In this document: positions 22,080-28,138 of the stretch, piece by piece
Layout of the letters: each line of letters starts with the position of its first letter
Numbering within the stretch: the stretch's first letter is position 1
Origin: Kineosporiaceae bacterium
GTDB lineage: Bacteria; Actinomycetota; Actinomycetes; Actinomycetales; Angustibacteraceae
Length of the DNA stretch: 28,138 nt
NCBI GenBank assembly: GCA_027345905.1
Contig: DAIETC010000040.1
Span: 1 to 28,138 of the forward strand
Reading direction: 5' to 3'
Position numbers and translations under genes: made by a program
The notes under the pieces: generated by a model
What the model was told of the DNA's origin: nothing
Seen by the model: only the letters and a program-made list of their open reading frames with translations
Databases searched by the model: none

Positions 22080-23180
22080 GTGCCACCTTCGCCGCCGGAC
22101 GTCGTGCTGCACCGGGCCGCGCGCTTGGAGGACGCCCTCAACCGAACGGCCGCCCGGGTGCTGCACCGGCGCGGGTGGCGCCCGCGGGTCATCGCCTACA
22201 CCGGGTATGGCACGCCGCAGTGGGTGCGCGTGCTGGCTCGGGTGCTGCTGGCACCGCCCGGCGTCGCCGACCGCAGCACGGTGGCCATGCGGGGGTGGCG
22301 GCACTTCGTCAGCGCCAAGGTCGGCGGCGTCCCGTTACGGGTGCAGGTGGGCGAGCAGGCGCAGATGGTGGAGAGCGGCCGCGGTGGTTACGTCGACGTC
22401 GTGTTGCCCGCGCAGCTCGCGCCGGGATGGTCGCAGGTCACCGTGACGATCACCGGGGACGGCGACTCCGATGCCGTTCAGGCGCCCGTGCGGATCGTCG
22501 GCCCCGACGAGCGCCTCGGGATCATCAGCGACATCGACGACACCGTGCTGATGACGGCGTTGCCACGTCCGCTGCTCGCGTTCTGGAACACGTTCGTGCG
22601 CCACGAGGAGTCCCGCAAACCGGTGCCTGGCATGGCCGAGCTGTTCCGCACCCTGCGGGCCGCAGACCCGGACGCCTTCGTCGTCTACGTCTCGACCGGC
22701 GCCTGGAACGTCGCGCCGGCCCTGCGCCGCTTCATGCGCCGGCTCGGGTTCCCCGAGGGGCCGCTGCTGCTGACCGACTGGGGGCCGACCCCCGAGGGGT
22801 GGTTCCGCTCCGGTCAGGACCACAAGCGCGCCACCTTGCGTCGGCTCGTCGACGAGTTCCCACAGCTGCGGTGGGTGCTGGTCGGGGACGACGGCCAGCA
22901 CGACCCCGCGCTGTACGACGAGATCGTGTGGGCGCGACCCGGCGACGTGCGGATGGTCGCGGTGCGCCAGCTGGCCGCAGCCGAGCAGGTGCTGACGCAC
23001 GGACTGCCCGTGCCGTTGCCCAGCGCCCGTGAACCCGACGTGCACCAAGGCGACGCGCACCAGGTCGATGTGCAGCGGGCGGGTGACTCGGTGCCGCGGG
23101 TGCGCGGAGCGAACGGCCATGCTTTGCTGGCGGAGCTTCGTCGGATCGGGCTGCTGGACGACGACACGCTGCGCCCCTGA
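22080..23180 (+). CDS. App1-family phosphatidate phosphatase (DUF2183), 366 aa
   Basis: HAD-like IISDIDDTV, YVSTGAWN, LLLTDWG, LVGDDGQHD; leaderless (TAGGGT-N6-GTG). Confidence 0.9.
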   Translation: MPPSPPDVVLHRAARLEDALNRTAARVLHRRGWRPRVIAYTGYGTPQWVRVLARVLLAPPGVADRSTVAMRGWRHFVSAKVGGVPLRVQVGEQAQMVESGRGGYVDVVLPAQLAPGWSQVTVTITGDGDSDAVQAPVRIVGPDERLGIISDIDDTVLMTALPRPLLAFWNTFVRHEESRKPVPGMAELFRTLRAADPDAFVVYVSTGAWNVAPALRRFMRRLGFPEGPLLLTDWGPTPEGWFRSGQDHKRATLRRLVDEFPQLRWVLVGDDGQHDPALYDEIVWARPGDVRMVAVRQLAAAEQVLTHGLPVPLPSAREPDVHQGDAHQVDVQRAGDSVPRVRGANGHALLAELRRIGLLDDDTLRP

Positions 23181-23194
23181 GCGCCACCACACGC

Positions 23195-23227
23195 ACGAAG
23201 GGCCCGTCCGTGGACGGGGCCCTTCGT
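23195..23227. terminator. Bidirectional hairpin terminator between convergent App1 and cspA
   Basis: ACGAAGGGCCCGTCC-GT-GGACGGGGCCCTTCGT: 15-bp stem with one bulged G. Confidence 0.8.
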
Positions 23228-23249
23228 CACCGGCGTGCCGGTGGGTAGA

Positions 23250-23453
23250 TCAGATGGGGCGGACGTTCTCGGCCTGGGGGCCCTTGGGGCCCTGCGTCAC
23301 GTCGAACTCGACGCGCTGGTTCTCGTCGAGCGAACGGTAGCCGTCCGTCGCGATGGCCGAGTAGTGCACGAAGACGTCAGCGCCGCCGCCGTCCTGAGCA
23401 ATGAAGCCGAAGCCCTTCTCGGCGTTGAACCACTTGACTGCGCCCTGGGACAT
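23250..23453 (-). CDS. cspA: Cold-shock protein, 67 aa
   Basis: [12 protein letters not shown] (RNP1), DVFVHYSAI (RNP2), [11 protein letters not shown]; AGGAGG RBS. Confidence 0.97.
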   Translation of the reverse strand: MSQGAVKWFNAEKGFGFIAQDGGGADVFVHYSAIATDGYRSLDENQRVEFDVTQGPKGPQAENVRPI

Positions 23454-23629
23454 GGATCCTCCTGATGTGGTGCGGGACGGACCGGCCGTGTGCCGGTCCG
23501 GGCTGCCGCGGTGTTCGACGTCCCACCGAGGAGGGCCAAAGGCCCCACAACGAGAAGACGTCCACGGACGTTGGTCCGCGGACGTCGTGACAACGATCGA
23601 GGAACTGCAACTGCAACCGGCGAGAACGC
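23454..23629 (-). promoter_or_regulatory. cspA -10 element and long structured 5' UTR (about 165 nt)
   Basis: TAGCGT -10 (23629-23624); hairpins 23557-23586 (12-bp stem, 1 mismatch) and 23478-23500 (9-bp stem). Confidence 0.6.
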
Positions 23630-23631
23630 TA

Positions 23632-24432
23632 TCACGCCTGCGCCCGGGTGGCGGCCAACAGGGCGGCCCCGGTTACGGCCAGCGCGAATCCGGCCACGGC
23701 GAGCGGCACGGTCCCTGCCGCCGGCCGGTCGCCGAGGGCGATAACGCCGACGAGGCTGGGCAGCACGGTCTCGATCACGACCAGCGGGGCCATCACCTGC
23801 GCCACCGGCGCGTGTTCCAGGGCGCGCAGCAGGCACAGGAACGCCGCGCCACCGCCCACCAGGCCCGCCCAGGCGGTCGGCGAGCCCACCAGGGTGCCCT
23901 GGTGCAGGTCGGGAATGGTCCGTGCCGACAGGGCGAACACCGAGAAGCCGATGCCGCCCCACACGGCGAGCCAGCGTCCCGAGGTGTCCGGACGGGCCAG
24001 GTCGCCCACCAGCGCGAGGGCCGTGAGGGCCGCCCCGACTACCAGGGTCAGCACGAGGCCGCCCGACGCCCGTACGCCGGTCTCGGGCGTGGCCGCTGCG
24101 CCCACCAGCGCCAGGCCGGCCGTGGCAGCAAGCACGGCGCCCTGCTGGGCGCGGCGCAGCCGTTGGCCGAGCAGCAGGCGTGCCGCGAGCGCCGCGACGG
24201 CCAGGTTCGCCGACACCACGGCCTGGACGACGAACAGGGGCAGGGCGCGAAGGGCCAGCAGCGAGAGCAGCAGGCCCACGCCGTCCAGCGCAGTGCCGAC
24301 AAGCGTCCACGGTTGGCGCAGGACGGACCTGGACTGGACGCGGGCCCGCTGGGCCCCCAGTGCCTGCAACGCCGTGCCCACCCCGTAGGCGAGGGCGGCA
24401 CCGAGCGCGGCGAACAGCCCCGCGCTCACCAA
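23632..24432 (-). CDS. DMT/EamA-like integral membrane protein, about 266 aa
   Basis: About 9 hydrophobic segments; [41 protein letters not shown]. Confidence 0.75.
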   Translation of the reverse strand: MVSAGLFAALGAALAYGVGTALQALGAQRARVQSRSVLRQPWTLVGTALDGVGLLLSLLALRALPLFVVQAVVSANLAVAALAARLLLGQRLRRAQQGAVLAATAGLALVGAAATPETGVRASGGLVLTLVVGAALTALALVGDLARPDTSGRWLAVWGGIGFSVFALSARTIPDLHQGTLVGSPTAWAGLVGGGAAFLCLLRALEHAPVAQVMAPLVVIETVLPSLVGVIALGDRPAAGTVPLAVAGFALAVTGAALLAATRAQA

Positions 24433-24436
24433 GGCC

Positions 24437-25183
24437 TCAGAGCTTGGCCCCGCCGTCGACGTACAGCGTCTGGCCGGTGACGAACGAGGCGCCGTCGCTG
24501 GCGAAGAAGGCGATGGCGTTCGCGATGTCCTCGGGTGTGCCGACCCGGCGCACCGGCGCGGCCTGGGCGGACGCCTCCTGCAGCTGGGCGGGGGTGAGCC
24601 CGAGCCGTCTGGCGGTGGCGTCGGTCATCTCGGTGACCACGAACCCTGGGGCCACCGCGTTGACGGTGATGCCGAACGGGCCCAGCTCGATCGCCAGGGT
24701 GCGGGTGAAGCCCTGCAGGCCCATCTTGGCGGCGGCGTAGTTGGCCTGGCCCCGGTTGCCCAGGGCGGACACGCTCGACAGGTTGATGATCCGCCCGTAC
24801 CGCTTGGCCACCAGGTGCGCCTGGGCGGCCTTGGTCACGTTGAACGCGCCCTTCAGGTGCACGCCGATGACCGTGTCCCAGTCGGACTCGGTCATCTTGA
24901 ACAACAGGTTGTCGCGGGTGACGCCGGCGTTGTTCACGACGATGTCCAGGCCGCCCAGCTCGTCGACCACCCGGTTCAGCGCCGCGTCGACCGCGGCCGG
25001 GTCGGTGACGTCGCAGGCGAGCCCGATCCCGCCGAGCTCGCCGGCCACGCTCGCCGCGGCCTCGCCGTCCAGGTCCAGCAGCGCCACCCGGGCGCCGTCT
25101 CGCGTCAACCGTCGGGCGGTGGCGGCCCCGATTCCGCGCGCCCCCCCGGTGACCACAGCGATGCGCGTGTCCAGTCCCGACAT
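24437..25183 (-). CDS. FabG-like 3-oxoacyl-ACP reductase (SDR), 248 aa
   Basis: VTGGARGIG, VNNAGVTRDNLLFKM, NLSS, GQANYAAAK, NAVAPG, GQTLYVDGG; GAAGGAG RBS before ATG 25183. Confidence 0.92.
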   Translation of the reverse strand: MSGLDTRIAVVTGGARGIGAATARRLTRDGARVALLDLDGEAAASVAGELGGIGLACDVTDPAAVDAALNRVVDELGGLDIVVNNAGVTRDNLLFKMTESDWDTVIGVHLKGAFNVTKAAQAHLVAKRYGRIINLSSVSALGNRGQANYAAAKMGLQGFTRTLAIELGPFGITVNAVAPGFVVTEMTDATARRLGLTPAQLQEASAQAAPVRRVGTPEDIANAIAFFASDGASFVTGQTLYVDGGAKL

Positions 25184-25278
25184 GGTGTGACTCCTTCGCC
25201 GTTGTCCTCGCGAGCAGGATCCTCTCACCCCGGCGCTCCCCGTTGGCGCGGGCCACCAGGCTCGGTGAGACTGGCGCG

Positions 25279-26922
25279 ATGACTCGCACCAGCTCCGACG
25301 CGGTGGTGGTCGGCGGCGGCCACCACGGACTGGTCGCTGCGTGCGTGCTGGCGGACGCCGGCTGGGACGTCGTCGTCCTGGAGGGTGCGGCCGACGTCGG
25401 GGGGGCCGTGCGCTCGGCACCCGGGCGGGCCGGGTTCGTCGTCGACCGGTTCAGCGCGTTCTACCCGCTGGCGGCCGCCTCGCCGGTGCTGCGCGACCTC
25501 GACCTGGGCGCGCACGGCCTGCAGTGGGCGCACGCACCCACCGTCGTGGCCCACCCGCACGGGGTGGACGACGAGCTGGGAGCGGTTCTGTACCGCGATC
25601 CCGAGCGGACGGCGCAGGCACTGGCCGCGCAGTCGCCGGCCGACGCGCAGACCTGGCTCACCCTCGTCGAGCAGTGGCAGCGGATTCGCGACCCGCTGCT
25701 GGACGCCCTTCTGACAGCCTGGCCGCCGGTGGCGCCGGCAGCGCGGCTGCTGGCCCGGCTGGGCAGCGCAGATGCGCTGCGGCTGGCGCGCTTCCTCACC
25801 CTGTCGGCCAGCCGGATGGGCGAGGAGCTGTTCGAGGGTGAGCTGGGCCGGCGCCTGATCGCGGGCAACGCGATGCACGCCGACGCCCCCATCGACGGGG
25901 TGGTCAGCGGCACCTTCGGCTGGCTGCTGGCGATGCTGGGACAGGACGTCGGATTCCCCGTGCCGCGAGGAGGCGCCGGCGAGCTCGCCCAGGCGTTGCG
26001 CCGCCGGGCCGAGGCCGCCGGGGCGCAGGTGCTCACCCGGGACCCGGTGTCGGCCATCGTCGTGAGCGGACGCCGGGCGGTGGGCGTGCGCACGGCGGCC
26101 GGGCACGAGGTGGCAGCCCGGCGCGCCGTCCTGGCCGACGTGTCCGCGCCCGCGTTGTACGAGCAGCTGCTGCCTTCCGGGCTGGTGCCGAGGCGGTTGT
26201 ACGAGGATCTGCGGCGCTTCGACTGGGACCTGGGGACGGTGAAGGTCGACTACGCGCTCGCCGGGCCGGTGCCGTGGCGCGCGGCCGGGGCGCACGGCGC
26301 GGGCACGGTGCACGTCGGTGCCGACCTGGACGAGCGCGGGCGCCCGATCGACGCTCTGCAGGGGTTGGTGCGCTGGAACGCCGACCTGCGCAGCCGCCGC
26401 GTCCCGCGCGTGCCGTTCGGGCTGGTCGGTCAGATGACGACGGCGGACCCGTCGCGGTCACCGGCCGGGACCGAGAGCCTGTGGGCCTACACCCACGTTC
26501 CCAAGGGCATGGGCGAGGACGCGGTGGCCGACCAGCTGGCCGCCAACCTTGAGCAGGTGCTCGAGCGGCACGCTCCCGGCTTCACCGATCTGGTCCTGGA
26601 GCGCGTCGTCCAGCGACCCAGCGGGCTGCAGAGCGAGGACGCCAACCTGATCGGGGGAGCGGTCAACGGCGGCACCTCCCAGCTGCACCAGCAGCTGGTG
26701 TTCCGCCCGACGCCGGGGCTCGGGGGGTCCAGGACCGTGGTGGAACGGCTCTACCTGGCCAGTGCCGCCATCCACCCCGGCGGGGGCGTGCATGGGGCGT
26801 GCGGGTTCCTTGCGGCCCGCTCGGCGTTGCGCGACGCCATGCCGGTGCTCGGCGGCCTGCGCCGGCGGGCCGGTTCGGCGTTGCTGGACCGGGTCTACCG
26901 GGCGCCGCGCTCGGCGAGGTAG
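25279..26922 (+). CDS. FAD-dependent oxidoreductase of the phytoene desaturase family, about 547 aa
   Basis: VVVGGGHHGLVAA Rossmann motif, LEGAADVGG, FPVPRGGAGEL, NLIGGAVNGG, LYLASAAIHPGGGVHGACG; start ATG 25279. Confidence 0.9.
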   Translation: MTRTSSDAVVVGGGHHGLVAACVLADAGWDVVVLEGAADVGGAVRSAPGRAGFVVDRFSAFYPLAAASPVLRDLDLGAHGLQWAHAPTVVAHPHGVDDELGAVLYRDPERTAQALAAQSPADAQTWLTLVEQWQRIRDPLLDALLTAWPPVAPAARLLARLGSADALRLARFLTLSASRMGEELFEGELGRRLIAGNAMHADAPIDGVVSGTFGWLLAMLGQDVGFPVPRGGAGELAQALRRRAEAAGAQVLTRDPVSAIVVSGRRAVGVRTAAGHEVAARRAVLADVSAPALYEQLLPSGLVPRRLYEDLRRFDWDLGTVKVDYALAGPVPWRAAGAHGAGTVHVGADLDERGRPIDALQGLVRWNADLRSRRVPRVPFGLVGQMTTADPSRSPAGTESLWAYTHVPKGMGEDAVADQLAANLEQVLERHAPGFTDLVLERVVQRPSGLQSEDANLIGGAVNGGTSQLHQQLVFRPTPGLGGSRTVVERLYLASAAIHPGGGVHGACGFLAARSALRDAMPVLGGLRRRAGSALLDRVYRAPRSAR

Positions 26923-27380
26923 GCGAGGCGTCGCAGGCTCTCGCGGTTGCGTGGCGCGATCACCAGCTGGCGCAGGGGCTTGGGAACCAAGCGGCTGGGG
27001 CCGTGCGTGGCGTCCTCGATCATCGTCACGGTGCAGCCTTCGGGCGCGGGGTCGATCTGCAGCACGACCCGGGCCTCACCGACGGGGCGCCCGCGCGCCT
27101 GCAGCACCAACCGGCGTCCGGGCTCTGACTCGAGCACCTCGGTCTCGTCGTCCAGGAGCAGCGGCCAGTTGCCGACCGAGTGGTGGATGCGGCTGCCGAC
27201 CGCCGGCCAGGCGCCTTCGACGACCCGGATCCTGGAGGTCCCCACGACCCAGGAGGCGTACAGCCAGCCATCGGCCAGGACGGACCAGACCTGATCGGGG
27301 GTGGCCGTCGTCGTGCGGCTGGTCTGCGCGCTGCCCGCAGGTGCTCGCGCACCGAACTCATCGGTTGCTTCGGTGCTCAT
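26895..27380 (-). CDS. SRPBCC (START-like / polyketide cyclase) protein, 161 aa
   Basis: ATPDQVWSVLADGWLYASWVVG, WPAVGSRIHHSVG, EARV...GCTVTMIEDA, RNRESLRRL; convergent 28-nt overlap with the oxidoreductase. Confidence 0.88.
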   Translation of the reverse strand: MSTEATDEFGARAPAGSAQTSRTTTATPDQVWSVLADGWLYASWVVGTSRIRVVEGAWPAVGSRIHHSVGNWPLLLDDETEVLESEPGRRLVLQARGRPVGEARVVLQIDPAPEGCTVTMIEDATHGPSRLVPKPLRQLVIAPRNRESLRRLAYLAERGAR

Positions 27381-28137
27381 CGACGCAGGATACGGACGTC
27401 AGGGCCAGCGCGCCCGCCGACGAGACCGGCTGCGCCCACGGGTGGGCGGACAGCAGCTGGGGTGCCCGGTTGGTCGCGAGCGGGGACGCCTGAGCGACAG
27501 CTGCCATGTCGAGTGCCATGTCGACTGCCAGGTCGAGCGCGCCCAGACCGGGCGGGGGCGGCACCTGCGCGTACACCGCCGTGATCGCGGTAGCCAACCG
27601 GGCGCGCTCTGCGTCGGGCAGGCTCCCTTGGCGCCAACGCTCGTAGTCGCCGTGCGTCTGGACCGTTGCCTCCCAGCTGGCCGGGGTGTGCACCTGCACC
27701 TCGACCAGCCGTCCCGTGCGCCCGTCGGCGAACGTCAGGTTCAGTCCCCGGTAGCGCGGCCCGCCCCAGAAGTCCTTGGCCTGCACCAGGGTCAGCTGCT
27801 GTCTGTGGAGCGCGGGGATGACATCAAGGACGGCGCCGGCGTAGCGCTGCGGGTCGGCGAGCAGCGTGTAACGCACCGTGTCGTTGACCTGCGGCACGAC
27901 GGTCTCGATCATGGCGCCGGGCTGGCCCAGCCGCTCGCTGACCTTGCGGTACAGCGACTCGCGGCTCTTCACGACGTGCTCGAGCCCCTGCAGACGGACG
28001 TCGAGGGAGCCGGTCGCTTGCTGCACCCGTGGCGTGAGGTCGCGCTGGGCCCATCGTGCGTCGCGCGCCAGCGCCGCGGTCAGCAGGTGTTGGGTGGCGC
28101 TGAGCCGGACGTCGGCCCCGCGGCGGCCGTACGGGCG
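27358..28137 (-). CDS. RelA/SpoT-like nucleotide 3'-pyrophosphokinase domain protein (Tas1/Apk2-like, candidate (p)ppApp synthetase); 5'-truncated
   Basis: Frame is open to the window edge. ...AQRDLTPRV...LQGLEHVVKSRESLYRKV...VNDTVRYT...KDFW...YRGLNLTF...VEVQVHTPASW...HGDYERWR matches the GLExRxKS/ESLxRK, NDxxRYT, KNxW, YxGxN, ExQxHT, HxxYE motif series of that family. Confidence 0.75.
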   Translation of the reverse strand, partial: RPYGRRGADVRLSATQHLLTAALARDARWAQRDLTPRVQQATGSLDVRLQGLEHVVKSRESLYRKVSERLGQPGAMIETVVPQVNDTVRYTLLADPQRYAGAVLDVIPALHRQQLTLVQAKDFWGGPRYRGLNLTFADGRTGRLVEVQVHTPASWEATVQTHGDYERWRQGSLPDAERARLATAITAVYAQVPPPPGLGALDLAVDMALDMAAVAQASPLATNRAPQLLSAHPWAQPVSSAGALALTSVSCVDEHRSNR

Positions 28138-28138
28138 C

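Noticed and set aside
25279-27380. Carotenoid or polyketide biosynthetic cluster
   Set aside because: Only a desaturase-family oxidoreductase and an SRPBCC protein; no crtB/crtE, PKS or ACP genes in the window.

Overview
High-GC actinobacterial chromosomal window of about 30 genes, with no rRNA, tRNA, CRISPR array, integrase or transposase. Left to right: (1) 3' part of a class II (B12-dependent) ribonucleotide reductase nrdJ; (2) a 7 kb nuclease-rich islet with a Dna2-like Fe-S nuclease/exonuclease/SF1 helicase (TM0106 family), a convergent SRA-like-HNH endonuclease, a 57-aa ORF plus DksA/TraR-like gene, and a DUF222-HNH protein; (3) secreted subtilase, alpha/beta hydrolase, SDR, acetamidase/formamidase; (4) pspA-pspAA-htpX-pspAB envelope-stress operon, DUF72, DUF5709; (5) MFS efflux pump, Cache-GGDEF-EAL protein, SDRs, flavin reductase, App1 phosphatase, cspA, DMT-like membrane protein, FAD oxidoreductase, SRPBCC protein; (6) a 5'-truncated gene with a Tas1/Apk2-like RelA/SpoT-type pyrophosphokinase domain. 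The most notable signals are non-coding. Four intergenic copies of TGTCRGTG-N8-(T/C)AnnnT, matching the PafBC-type RecA/LexA-independent DNA-damage promoter, sit in front of the nuclease-helicase, the small ORF-dksA pair, the DUF222-HNH gene and DUF5709. An identical 18-bp perfect palindrome (ACTCTCCCGCGGGAGAGT) occurs free-standing after nrdJ and twice, in frame, inside the DUF222-HNH gene, suggesting an HNH-associated REP-like element. Family assignments come from motif recognition only; no database search was run.
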